Notes: generated by a model from the letters alone, not told the origin. DNA of 64,000 bases from Deltaproteobacteria bacterium (GCA_016212705.1 JACREU010000006.1:25030-89029), one strand, 5' to 3'; counted from the stretch's first letter, positions 53,521-62,925 are shown. Numbers and translations: made by a program.

Positions 53521-55275
53521 CTATGCCTCTCCCCCATCCCGGTCCGCGTACGGGAACCGGAGCGTGAACGCAGTCCCTTCATTCATTATGCTCTCCGCGT
53601 CTATCGCCCCGCCGTGCTTCATGACTATCCTGTAGACGACGTAGAGCCCGAGCCCCGTGCCCATTCCGACGGGCTTGGTCGTGAAGAACGGGTCGTATAT
53701 CTGGGAGAGGTGCTTATCTGGTATCCCCGCCCCGGTGTCCGTTATCCGCGCCTTAACGAACTCCCCCTCCCTCCAGCACTTGAGGCCGAGCGTCCCGCCC
53801 CCCTCCATCGCGTGGAGGGCGTTTACGATGAGGTTCACGAAGACCTGCTGGACCTCGACGGGGTTGCCGTTTATGAGGCAGTCCCTGCGGAGGTCGGAAG
53901 AGACCGCTATCCCCGCGAACGAGGCCGAGTGCCTCGCCATCTTGACCGAGTTATCGAGCACTGCGGCGAGGTCGACTGTCCCTTCGGCTATGTTCTGCGC
54001 CGACCTCGAGTAGATCGACAATTCCCTTACTATGTCGCGGGCGTTCACCGAGTACTGGATGATGTCTTTTGTGTGGGATTTTATCAGCTCCATGTCGTCC
54101 TCGTCCATTATCGCCTCGGCCATGCCGAGTATCCCGGCGAGCGGGTTGTTTATCTCGTGCGCGATGCCGGAGGCGAGCGTGCCTATGCCGGCGAGCTTCT
54201 CGGATTGCAATATCTTGAACTGGAGCATCTTCTGCTCGGAGATGTCCTTGCCTATGCCGACGGTGCCTATGATCTCGCCCCTGTCGTTCAGCATGGTGGA
54301 AAGGGTCAGGCTCACGTGGAGCACCCTGCCGGACTTCGAGCGGAGCCTCACCTCCCTGTTCCTCACCTCCCAGACCTCCCCTCCTATGGGCCTGCCGCCG
54401 TCCACGGCGTCTGACCTCTGTCCGTGGCTCTCGTAGAGCATGAGGACGTCTTTTCCCACGACCTCCGCCTTCCCGTACTCCAGGAGGTGCTCCGCCTCCC
54501 GGTTGAACTTTACGATCCTGCCCTCCGTGTCCGTCGTGACTATGATGACCTTGGAGTTGTCCAGTATCATCTGGAGGTAGTACTCTGTTTCGCGCAAGTC
54601 GTTGAAGGTCCTGTTAAGGTCCTCGCTCCTCTCCTCGAGCCGCTTGTATATCCTGTTCTTGTCCCTGATGACGAGCCCGGCTATGAAGAGCGCGCCGACC
54701 GGGATGGTTACTATGGCCCCGAGGACCCAGATGAGCGTCCGCATGTAGTTCAGGAGCTCGAAGTCCCACTCGGTGGAGAGCCTTAGCTTCAGGACCCCCA
54801 ATACCTCGCCATCGGTCTTATGGCACCTGAGGCACGCACCCTCGGCCTTCAGAGGCACGTAGCGCGAATACGTCGACTCCTCGCGGTTAAAAAAACCCAT
54901 GGGCGCCATCTGCTCTATGGACTTTATGAAGGCCGCCTTTTCCCCTTCGCCTATCCTGTCCCTCCGCAGGCGCCCTATCTCCCCGCCGAAAGAGGCCTCG
55001 CCGCCGTTCAGTCTGAATATCCCAATGTAATCGACGCCTATGAGGTTGTTGTTGGCGAGTATCATCGAATAATTGCCCGCCGCGTGGCCGCCGCTCATGA
55101 TGTCGACCGCGGAGCGGGCGATGAGCTCTGAAGTCAGCTCGGTCTGCTGGACTATCCTGTATATAACCCTGTCCTTGAGGTTAAGCGAGGTATAGGTGAA
55201 AATAGCCGTGATGGCGATCATGAAGACCATGAGCGCGACGACGAGATAGTGAAGCATGGGCCTCACCCTAACCAT
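53521..55275 (-). CDS. sensor histidine kinase with periplasmic c-haem-binding (CXXCH) sensor domain, PAS, HisKA, HATPase
   Basis: TM - ~170-aa periplasmic domain containing ACLRCH - TM - PAS - H-box AHEINNPL - HATPase (GTGLGL). The stop abuts the porin start. Confidence 0.88.
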   Translation of the reverse strand: MVRVRPMLHYLVVALMVFMIAITAIFTYTSLNLKDRVIYRIVQQTELTSELIARSAVDIMSGGHAAGNYSMILANNNLIGVDYIGIFRLNGGEASFGGEIGRLRRDRIGEGEKAAFIKSIEQMAPMGFFNREESTYSRYVPLKAEGACLRCHKTDGEVLGVLKLRLSTEWDFELLNYMRTLIWVLGAIVTIPVGALFIAGLVIRDKNRIYKRLEERSEDLNRTFNDLRETEYYLQMILDNSKVIIVTTDTEGRIVKFNREAEHLLEYGKAEVVGKDVLMLYESHGQRSDAVDGGRPIGGEVWEVRNREVRLRSKSGRVLHVSLTLSTMLNDRGEIIGTVGIGKDISEQKMLQFKILQSEKLAGIGTLASGIAHEINNPLAGILGMAEAIMDEDDMELIKSHTKDIIQYSVNARDIVRELSIYSRSAQNIAEGTVDLAAVLDNSVKMARHSASFAGIAVSSDLRRDCLINGNPVEVQQVFVNLIVNALHAMEGGGTLGLKCWREGEFVKARITDTGAGIPDKHLSQIYDPFFTTKPVGMGTGLGLYVVYRIVMKHGGAIDAESIMNEGTAFTLRFPYADRDGGEA

Positions 55276-55393
55276 GGTTGCCGCTCCTTAGTGGTCTTTT
55301 GCAGTATCATCGACATCGGTTGGCGCGCGGAAAAACTTTAATAGCGGCGGGCTCGCCCGCCGCCCCGGTGCCGTGGGCCGGGGGAATAAGGGG

Positions 55394-56473
55394 TCAGCCC
55401 CTGTTGCAGTGATAGACCTTGTTATCCAGGAAGAGGTCTACGAGCTCGGGGTCGAGTTGCGCGCCGGAGACGCGCCTCATCTCGCCCAGGACCGTCTCAA
55501 GGGGGAGCCCCTTCCTGTACGGGCGGTCCGAGCTCATCGCGTCATAGAGGTCGACGACGGCTATTATCCGGGCTGGGAGCGGTATCTCCGTTGCCGCGAG
55601 GTTCCTCGGGTAACCCGTGCCGTCGTAGTGCTCGTGGTGCGCGACTATTATCCGCGCCACGGGCTCCATGAGCGGCACCCCGCTCAATATCTTCTCTCCT
55701 ATCTCGGTGTGCGCCTTTATGTGGACGCATTCTTCAGAGGTCAACGGGCCTTCCTTGTTGAGCACAGCCTCGCTTATGCCGATCTTCCCGAGGTCGTGGA
55801 GGAGCGAGGCGTACTCGATCGTCTCAAGCTCCTCGGGGGTGAGCCCGGCGAGCCTCCCGAGTTCGACGCAAAGAGACCTCATCCGGTTGCAGTGGCCGCT
55901 CGTATGGCGGTCCTTGGCCTCGATAGTCTCGGCGAGCACGTTTATGAGCTGGATGTTCATGGATTTGAGGAGCCCGTAGGCCCTCTGGAGCTCCATGGCC
56001 TTGGAATTAAGCTCCCTCGTCCTCTCCCGCACCTTCTGCTCAAGGAAGAGCTGGTACTCCCGGTTCTCCATCTCGAGTTCCTTGTTCCTCTCGAGGAGGT
56101 CCCTGTTCACAAGGGCCCGTGTGACTACCGCCATCAGCTCCTCTTTCTTCACCGGCTTCATGATGAAGTCGAAGGCGCCCTTTTTCATGACCTCTACGGC
56201 TACGGCGACGTCGGTGAGGCCGGTCAACATTACGACCGGGGTCGTGTCGAAGTTCTCCTTCACGAACTCAAGCACCCTGATGCCGTCGACCTCGGGCATC
56301 CGTATGTCGCTTATTACGATATCGAACGCGCTGTTCTTAAGCGTATCGAAGACCGAGTTGCCGCCGGAGGTCTGGATGACGGAGAACCCCTCCTTGGAGA
56401 GGTGGGTATTGAGCACCTTCCGTATCGGCTCCTCGTCGTCGACGACGAATATGGACCTTTTCCGCTCTTCCAT
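55394..56473 (-). CDS. response regulator with HD-GYP phosphodiesterase output (RpfG-like)
   Basis: REC domain (DDEEP...SDIRMP), then HDLGK and HHEHYDGTGYP motifs. Confidence 0.9.
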   Translation of the reverse strand: MEERKRSIFVVDDEEPIRKVLNTHLSKEGFSVIQTSGGNSVFDTLKNSAFDIVISDIRMPEVDGIRVLEFVKENFDTTPVVMLTGLTDVAVAVEVMKKGAFDFIMKPVKKEELMAVVTRALVNRDLLERNKELEMENREYQLFLEQKVRERTRELNSKAMELQRAYGLLKSMNIQLINVLAETIEAKDRHTSGHCNRMRSLCVELGRLAGLTPEELETIEYASLLHDLGKIGISEAVLNKEGPLTSEECVHIKAHTEIGEKILSGVPLMEPVARIIVAHHEHYDGTGYPRNLAATEIPLPARIIAVVDLYDAMSSDRPYRKGLPLETVLGEMRRVSGAQLDPELVDLFLDNKVYHCNRG

Positions 56474-56688
56474 GTGTCCCCGCTCGGCAAAATGTGGGTC
56501 AGGCCTTAAAAAAAAACAGCAGGACCCGGATAAGGCCCTGCCTTTCTTAAAGAGAATTTTTGGTACTTAAGCGCATCTCATTACCCGTTGCTTAAAGACA
56601 CGGGGATTTTACCTTAGAACCGATTGTCTGTTCAATGTTTTTAATGTTAAGGTACAAGGCAAGGCGCGGGGTTGGCAAATCAATACTA

Positions 56689-56711
56689 TAACCCCTCGGA
56701 ATCAAAGGGGT
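56689..56711 (-). terminator. possible terminator after the DedA-family gene
   Basis: AACCCCT-CGGAATCAA-AGGGGTT hairpin 15 nt past the stop. On the minus strand it is followed by AT-rich ATAGTATTGATTT. Confidence 0.45.
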
Positions 56712-56725
56712 TTCAAGTTGCGCGG

Positions 56726-57397
56726 CTATGGCGCGACCTTGCCTTTCCGCCCCTTTAGCCACTTGTAGATAACCGGCATGAGAGATACGGCTATGACGAG
56801 CGCGAGCCCTATTATGAACTGCCGGGACAAGACCCCCCTGAGGAGGTCCAGTATCGAGCTTGAGAAGACCACATAGGCGACGACACCGGGTATCATGAAG
56901 ACAAAGGTCGCCCACAGGTAATCGAGGAACCTGACATTGGTCAACCCGAAGGCGTAGTTGAGGGCGTTGTAGGGGAAAAGCGGGATGAGCCTCGTGAACG
57001 CCACTATCTTCCACCCCTCTTCGCCTGCCTTTCTGTCGAGCTCTTTAAGCCTCGACCCCTCGACCCTGGACTTTACCCAGTCTCTGCCGAGGTACCTCGC
57101 GATGAGAAAGGCGACTGAGGCGCCGATAGTCGCTCCTATGATGGTATATACGCTCCCCCAGAGAGGGCCGAAGAGTATGCCGCCCGCGACGGTAAGGGGG
57201 AGGCCGGGGACCATGAGCGACGGGGCAATCGAATAGATAACGATATACGCCATTGGCCCCCATATGCCGAAGGACGCTATCCAGACGCTTAACCTTTCCT
57301 CATCGAGGTAATCGCCAAGCCCAAGGACCCTGACTGAGACGATTACCGCCGCAAGGAAGGCCGCAAAGGCGAGGACCTTCATCCCGGCCCTGTTCAC
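56726..57397 (-). CDS. TVP38/TMEM64 (DedA/SNARE-associated) family membrane protein
   Basis: VPGLPLTVAGGILFGPLWG motif and multiple TM helices. GTG start overlaps the upstream stop (GTGA); an alternative ATG lies at 57382. Confidence 0.82.
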   Translation of the reverse strand: MNRAGMKVLAFAAFLAAVIVSVRVLGLGDYLDEERLSVWIASFGIWGPMAYIVIYSIAPSLMVPGLPLTVAGGILFGPLWGSVYTIIGATIGASVAFLIARYLGRDWVKSRVEGSRLKELDRKAGEEGWKIVAFTRLIPLFPYNALNYAFGLTNVRFLDYLWATFVFMIPGVVAYVVFSSSILDLLRGVLSRQFIIGLALVIAVSLMPVIYKWLKGRKGKVAP

Positions 57398-58824
57398 CCG
57401 CGGCCCCTCCTTATGAGGAACCTCGATGCCTTCGGGAACCAGCCGGTAAAGAGCCTCTCCTTGTAATACTCGTCCGCCGCCCTTTTAAGCGCCATAGAGC
57501 GGGTAGGGTATACATGGATGGTCCTCGATATGTCTGTTACCGGGATGGATTTTCTCATGGCGAGGGTGAACTCCGGGAGGAGTTCACCGGCTCCGGGCCC
57601 GAGGATGTGCGCGCCGAGTATGCGGGACTTTTTATCGGCGACGACCTTTATTATCCCTTTTGCCTCGCCTTCTATTACGGCCCTGTCAACGGATGCGAAC
57701 GGGAACCTGTATACCTTTATATGCGAACTGGTCTCCCTCGCCTCGTCCTCGGTAAGGCCGACTCTGGCAAGCTCAGGGTCTGAAAAAGTCGTCCAGGGTA
57801 CGGCGGAGAGCTGGAGTTTTCTTTTAAAGAACGGGAATAGGGCGTTGCCGAGCGCGATACCCGCGTGGTACTCGGCGACGTGTGTAAAGGCGAACGAGCC
57901 TATGCAGTCGCCCGCCGCGTAGATGTGCGGCTGTGATGTCCTTAATGTATCGTCGGTCTTTATACCCTTTCTCGCGTCGAACTCCACCTTGGCGGCGTCT
58001 AACGCGAGCCCTTCCACATTCGGCCTCCTGCCTATCGCGGCCATGACCTCCTCGGCCCTGAAGACGCGCTCCCCAACAGGCGAGCGCGTATAGACGGCCT
58101 TTACGCCCCCCTCTGCCTTTACGTCTTTTACCTCGGCGTTGAAGACGACCTCTACGCCGTCTTCCGCAAGATAGTCCTTAAGGAGCGCTGAGAGTTCCCT
58201 CTCCTCGCGCGGCAATACCTGCCCATGCTTCTCTATTATCGTGACCTTCGAGCCGAGGCGCGCGAATATCTGCCCAAACTCGACGCCTATGGGCCCGCCG
58301 CCGAGTATGACGATGGAGGCCGGGAGCTTCTTTAATCCAAGCGCCGTTTCATTGGTAAGGGGACCGATCTCCTTGAGCCCGGCCACAGGCGGGATTAACG
58401 GGCTTGAGCCGGTGGCTATTATGAACCTCCTGCCCTTGAGCCTGACATCGCCTGCCTCGAAGGTGTACGGGTCGAGGAATTTGCCTGCGCCGAAGAAGAC
58501 CTCAACGCCCATACGCCTGAAACGCTCCGGGTCGTCGTTCACGGCGATACTATCCTGAGTCCGCCTCATCGAGTCCATGACAGCGGGGAAGTCTACCTCG
58601 ACCTCCCCTGTCTTTATACCGAACTCTCCGGCCCTCCTTAAGAGGGAGGCTACCTTGGCGGAGGCGACGAGCCTCTTCGTCGGCACGCACCCGGTGCGCA
58701 GACAATCCCCGCCGAGCGACGTCTTATCCACGAGCGCCACGCGCGCGCCGAGCTGTGCCGCGCCTGACGCCGAGACGAGCCCGGCTACGCCGCCGCCTAT
58801 GATAACGAGATCGAATTCCTTCAT
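57394..58824 (-). CDS. FAD-dependent pyridine nucleotide-disulfide oxidoreductase (dihydrolipoyl dehydrogenase / mercuric-reductase-like)
   Basis: DLVIIGGGVAGL and the redox-active GGDCLRTGCVPTK (C-x4-C). 476 aa. Confidence 0.88.
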   Translation of the reverse strand: MKEFDLVIIGGGVAGLVSASGAAQLGARVALVDKTSLGGDCLRTGCVPTKRLVASAKVASLLRRAGEFGIKTGEVEVDFPAVMDSMRRTQDSIAVNDDPERFRRMGVEVFFGAGKFLDPYTFEAGDVRLKGRRFIIATGSSPLIPPVAGLKEIGPLTNETALGLKKLPASIVILGGGPIGVEFGQIFARLGSKVTIIEKHGQVLPREERELSALLKDYLAEDGVEVVFNAEVKDVKAEGGVKAVYTRSPVGERVFRAEEVMAAIGRRPNVEGLALDAAKVEFDARKGIKTDDTLRTSQPHIYAAGDCIGSFAFTHVAEYHAGIALGNALFPFFKRKLQLSAVPWTTFSDPELARVGLTEDEARETSSHIKVYRFPFASVDRAVIEGEAKGIIKVVADKKSRILGAHILGPGAGELLPEFTLAMRKSIPVTDISRTIHVYPTRSMALKRAADEYYKERLFTGWFPKASRFLIRRGRG

Positions 58825-58889
58825 GCGATCGAGGGACGCTCCTGAATCGAGTTTAACATACTATTGATTTTCCTGCTGAAGGGGGTGGA

Positions 58890-59774
58890 CTATCTCTTGA
58901 TGAACTTGAGTGTTTCTTTAAGGGCGGGTATGCCGGTCCTGCCGCCTGGCTTAAGACATTTGAGCGCCGCGAACGCGGAGGCGAACTCGACCGTCTTTCT
59001 TATATCCCATTTCCGTAAAACGCCGTAGATGTACCCGCCGTGGAAGACGTCGCCCGCGCCGGTCGTGTCCACGGCCTTTATCCTGAAGACCTTCTGTGAG
59101 AATATCTTTCCATTCCGCCATGTTACGGAGCCCTTTTTGCCGAGTGTGACTGTCACGGCCCTGGGGTTCGAAGAGGCGAGGTATGCCAGCGCGGCCTTGG
59201 GCTTTAGTTTAAGGCCTCTCGCGAACTCCTCTGAGGCGACGATGTAGTCGGAAAGACGCGCAAGCTCGATCATCCCGTCCCTCACCTTGCCGGCGTCAAG
59301 CATCACAGGAATTTTGAGACGCTTTGCGAGCCTTGCGGCCTTTAAAGAGGCGTCCTTCATGAGGCCGTCCAGAAGGAGTAAGCCCGCGCCCTTTAAGAAC
59401 TCGCCGTTCACTTCCGTTACCTTTAACGGGACCACCGTCGGCCTCTTCCAGAGGATCGTACGGGTCCCTGTCTTGCCGTTTACAACGATAAAGGCTCTCT
59501 GGGACGCGCCGCCCTTCCTGACCTTTACGTTCCTCGTGCCGACGCCCTCGTCTTCCAGCCCCTTTATGATGAGTCTTCCCGCGTCGTCATCGGAAACAAC
59601 GCCTGAAAACTCGGTCTCGACGCCGAGCCTTGAGAGCGAGACGAGCGCGGTCGCCACTGGGCCGCCGCCCTGTATGAAGAGCGCCTTCGCCTCCTCCTTG
59701 GTATCCTCAAGAGGGTATCTCTCCAGGAACGCGATATAGTCAAGGGAGCATTGTCCGAGTCCGGCTACCTTCAT
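58890..59774 (-). CDS. PfkB-family carbohydrate kinase (ribokinase-like)
   Basis: DTTGAGDVFHGGYIYG signature near the C-terminus and an N-terminal GG dipeptide region. Confidence 0.85.
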   Translation of the reverse strand: MKVAGLGQCSLDYIAFLERYPLEDTKEEAKALFIQGGGPVATALVSLSRLGVETEFSGVVSDDDAGRLIIKGLEDEGVGTRNVKVRKGGASQRAFIVVNGKTGTRTILWKRPTVVPLKVTEVNGEFLKGAGLLLLDGLMKDASLKAARLAKRLKIPVMLDAGKVRDGMIELARLSDYIVASEEFARGLKLKPKAALAYLASSNPRAVTVTLGKKGSVTWRNGKIFSQKVFRIKAVDTTGAGDVFHGGYIYGVLRKWDIRKTVEFASAFAALKCLKPGGRTGIPALKETLKFIKR

Positions 59775-59893
59775 CTAATCACCCTCTGCCTGTTGTCGAA
59801 GTCCATGACGATCGTCTGTTGCCCGGCGCCGATCTCTCTGGTCGAATGAAAGCCCATCGCTGAAACATAACATTGAAGCTTAAGCCTGTCAAA

Positions 59894-60078
59894 CCGCTCG
59901 GCGCGGGGCCGGAGTCCTTCGGAGGCTTTTGAGGTTAGGGTAAACGGACCGGCTCGATACGAGCTTTGCCCGTCCGGCAAGGACCGCTCGGCGCGGGGCC
60001 GGAACTCTTCGGAAGCTATTGAGGTTGGGGTAAACGAATCGTCTCGATACGAACTTTGCCCGTCCGGCGAGGACCGCC
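59894..60078 (+). repeat. ~90-bp repeat family, locus 2: two tandem units (59894-59983, 59984-60073) plus the start of a third
   Basis: Period 90 bp. Both units start CCGCTCGGCGCGGGGCCGGA and end CTTTGCCCGTCCGGC(A/G)AGGA. A more degenerate unit may precede them (about 59815-59893). Confidence 0.9.
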
Positions 60079-60122
60079 GATTCCCTATGGAACGCCCTTT
60101 TAATTGATGTTAGAATCAGAGC

Positions 60123-60404
60123 GTGGGCATAAGGCGCTTCATAAAGGGGCTTAAAGGGCTACGCTCCAGGATAAAGGTCTACAAGCTCGTCATGAAGGAC
60201 AAGCGAACGCCAAAGGCCGCAAAGGTCCTCCTCGCGCTCGCGATCGGCTACACGCTCATGCCCTTTGACCTCATCCCCGACTTCCTCCCGATAATCGGCC
60301 ACGTCGACGACCTCATAATCGTGCCCCTGCTATTCTATTTCGCGATAAGGATGATACCGAAAGAGGTGATAGAGGAGTGCGAGAGGATGGTGGAGGGGGG
60401 ATAA
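60123..60404 (+). CDS. DUF1232 (YkvA-like) small membrane protein
   Basis: KAAKVLLALAIGYTLMPFDLIPDFLPIIGHVDDLIIVPL is the hallmark of this family. GTG start. Confidence 0.8.
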   Translation: MGIRRFIKGLKGLRSRIKVYKLVMKDKRTPKAAKVLLALAIGYTLMPFDLIPDFLPIIGHVDDLIIVPLLFYFAIRMIPKEVIEECERMVEGG

Positions 60405-60413
60405 GCTTTCAAT

Positions 60414-60450
60414 CTCCTCCCCTTAACAAGGGGAGGCATGGGTGGGGTGG
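60414..60450 (+). repeat. G-rich hairpin repeat family, copy B
   Basis: CCTCCCCTT-AAC-AAGGGGAGG hairpin followed by CATGGGTGGGGTGG, immediately after the DUF1232 stop. Confidence 0.6.
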
Positions 60451-60554
60451 TTCTTTAGCACGCCACAGGCGGGTTCAGGGTTGCAACATGAGCCCGCTGA
60501 AGGCACGCATAAGCGCGGCGAAGGCGGCGGACGATACCCTCTGGACGACGGCCC

Positions 60555-61334
60555 TCATCCCTTTGCCCTTAATAAGACCTTATCTCCCACCCGCGCGTTG
60601 AAGATGCGTCCAGCGTCGCCGGAGTTTACCGCTATCTCCAAAAAACCGAAACTGCTTATGAGCGCGAGGGCAGAGCCGTTTGCGGCATCCGAATACGTCC
60701 TCTTGAGGCCCTCTATTTCAATGCCATGAAACTCCACGCAGGCGTCGTCCCCGAGCGAGAGCGCGTCGCTTCCATTGACGTTGGTTATTATGTTCCCGAA
60801 TGAATCAATATATATGACCTCGCCGGTTATAACCCCCTTTCCGCGCGAGGGTTCCGGCAGGCTTATCTCCAGGATATCGTTTATCTCCACCCCGAACGCC
60901 GAAGGGTTCACCCCGAGGCTCAGGTGCGCGGCAACAGGCCCGAATATGTCCCTGCCGTGGAAGGTCTTCGAGACCTCGCTCCTAAAATATTTATCTTTCG
61001 TAAGAAGGACGACCCTCTTCACCTTCTCATTCCGCAGAACGAGGCTGAAGAGGCCGTTGTCCGGCCCTACGAAGAAAAACCTTTCGGTCTCGACGAGTAT
61101 CGGCCTCCTCGCCCCGCCGACGCCCGGGTCCACGACACCCGCGTGTATCGTGCCCTTCGGGAAGAAACCGTAGGACTCCAGCAACACGAACGCGCCCTCA
61201 AGGACCTCGCCCGGAGAGACGAGGTGCGTGATATCCACGATTCCGGCGTCCGGGTTTACGGAGAGTATCGCGCCCTTCATCGCGCCCTGGTAGGGGTCCT
61301 TGAGACCGAAGTCGGTTGTAAGGGTTATGAGCAT
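60555..61334 (-). CDS. S-adenosyl-L-methionine hydroxide adenosyltransferase family protein (DUF62, SAM hydrolase/halogenase-like)
   Basis: Start at MLITLTTDFGLKDPYQGAMKGAI (ATG 61334). The 101 upstream codons of the ORF model are hydrophobic nonsense that overlaps the divergent gene region. Confidence 0.85.
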   Translation of the reverse strand: MLITLTTDFGLKDPYQGAMKGAILSVNPDAGIVDITHLVSPGEVLEGAFVLLESYGFFPKGTIHAGVVDPGVGGARRPILVETERFFFVGPDNGLFSLVLRNEKVKRVVLLTKDKYFRSEVSKTFHGRDIFGPVAAHLSLGVNPSAFGVEINDILEISLPEPSRGKGVITGEVIYIDSFGNIITNVNGSDALSLGDDACVEFHGIEIEGLKRTYSDAANGSALALISSFGFLEIAVNSGDAGRIFNARVGDKVLLRAKG

Positions 61335-61494
61335 TGTATGGCTTTCCGGAGAAAAAAGGGGTAAGGGCTTCGGCCCACCGCGCTTATATAACATCTTAAA
61401 GACGGGGGTGTCAAAAAGTTTCGCCTTGCTAAAGTCCCGGCTGTTTTTTGACGATAAGGCATATGGAATCAATCCACGGAAACAGTCGATTGCG

Positions 61495-62811
61495 ATGATA
61501 AAAAAGATCCCGATAGAAGACTTGAAAGCAGGCATGTACGTCTCCGCCCTCCAAAAAGGCGGGGACGTTGACATGTTGTCTTTTATGAACAGCATACTCA
61601 TAAAAGACGAGACAGAGATCAAAAAACTCAAGTCCAAAGGGTACTTAAGCGCCTGTATAGTCGAGGACGACCCCCGGACGCTCCCATTAAAAACCCCTCA
61701 AAAGGATAGGCCTGCGTCATCAGGTACAGAGGCGGAGCGCCTGCCTCTTGAAACGACCGGCGCGACTTCCGCAGGGCCGCCTCCAGTTGTCGAATCTTTC
61801 GCACCCTATGCCGCGCCCGTAGCAAAGGCCGTCCCCTCCCTTGCCGGAGACGCCGTCGATTTCAACGAGGAGCTCAGGGACGCGAGGGAGGTACGAGACG
61901 AGGCCGAGGAACTTGTAAGGTGTTTCATGGAGTCCGTCAGGGCCGGGGAGGAGATTGAGACCGACAGGGTGAATGAGACCGTCGGAAAGATGGTCAGCTC
62001 CATCTTCAGGAACCAGGACGCCCTTACAAGCCTCTCACGCCTGAAGTCCTTCGACGACTACACGTTCGCGCACTCCGTGAACGTCTGCATACTCTCGCTA
62101 ACGCTCGGCAGGCACATGGGATTCTCCGAGGAGGCCCTTCATAACCTCGGGGTCGGCGCCATACTCCACGACATAGGGAAGATGCTCGTGCCTGAGACGA
62201 TACTCAAAAAGCCGGGCTCTCTTTCGGACGCCGAGTTCAGGGAAATGAAGCGGCATACGGAGCTCGGGGGAGACATGCTCCGCAAGACAAAGGACATTAC
62301 GGACGAGTCCCGCCGAGTCGCCCTCCACCACCATGAAAAGTTCGACGGCTCCGGCTATCAGGACAGGCTCTCCGGAGAGGACATCCACCTCTTCGCCCGG
62401 ATAGCGACCGTAGCCGACGTCTATGACGCCATGACCTCCAACAGGGTCTACCAGAAGGGGATGCTCCCTGAGGCGGCGCTAAAGAAAATGTACCTCATGC
62501 GCGGGACCCACTTCGACCCCGAGCTCGTCGAGAGGCTCGTAAGGTCGCTCGGCATATACCCGATAGGCTCTTTTGTCGAGCTCTCCACGGGTGAGCTCGC
62601 CGTAGTCCGCATGCCCAACCACGAGCACCCGCTTCAGCCCCGCGTCCTCATATTCTCCCGCAAGGACAAGACCCCCTGCGAAAAGCGCATTGAGGTGGAC
62701 TTGAAGGGAGAGATAGGCCGATGGATAATCGCCGCAAGGGACCCCGGGCCGCTAAAACCCGTAATAGACCGGATAATGGCGGAGGCCGAAGGGCTCTCCT
62801 TCGCCTCCTGA
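61495..62811 (+). CDS. HD-GYP domain phosphodiesterase with DUF3391-like N-terminus
   Basis: Start at MIKKIPIEDLKAGMYVS (ATG 61495). HDIGK and HHHEKFDGSGYQ motifs. Confidence 0.88.
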   Translation: MIKKIPIEDLKAGMYVSALQKGGDVDMLSFMNSILIKDETEIKKLKSKGYLSACIVEDDPRTLPLKTPQKDRPASSGTEAERLPLETTGATSAGPPPVVESFAPYAAPVAKAVPSLAGDAVDFNEELRDAREVRDEAEELVRCFMESVRAGEEIETDRVNETVGKMVSSIFRNQDALTSLSRLKSFDDYTFAHSVNVCILSLTLGRHMGFSEEALHNLGVGAILHDIGKMLVPETILKKPGSLSDAEFREMKRHTELGGDMLRKTKDITDESRRVALHHHEKFDGSGYQDRLSGEDIHLFARIATVADVYDAMTSNRVYQKGMLPEAALKKMYLMRGTHFDPELVERLVRSLGIYPIGSFVELSTGELAVVRMPNHEHPLQPRVLIFSRKDKTPCEKRIEVDLKGEIGRWIIAARDPGPLKPVIDRIMAEAEGLSFAS

Positions 62812-62925
62812 CCCTCCTTCCTGCTCCCTCCCCGATTCTGACAAAAATCATAGGCCCCTGACCTGCCCATGTGTTACAATATCCCTGTCAAAACGTATTT
62901 TTTACTTCTTCAAGGAGGCGTATAC

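Noticed and set aside
53206-54414. Long antisense ORFs, for example 53206..54414 (402 aa), 55373..56509 (378 aa), 19078..20310 (410 aa), 6911..8098 (395 aa) and 1608..2462 (284 aa).
   Set aside because: Each lies opposite a gene with clear family motifs. Their translations are Arg/Pro/Gly/Val-rich low-complexity sequence, typical of shadow ORFs in GC-rich DNA. None has a ribosome-binding site or a recognisable domain.
59894-60078. The tandem repeats were considered as a CRISPR array or as a tandem c-di-GMP-I riboswitch (ACGGGCAAAGC on the minus strand resembles the GEMM ACGCAAAGC segment).
   Set aside because: The units abut with no spacers and are 90 bp long, so this is not a CRISPR array. 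Apart from that one short segment, the GEMM-I secondary structure and its tetraloop/receptor elements cannot be traced.
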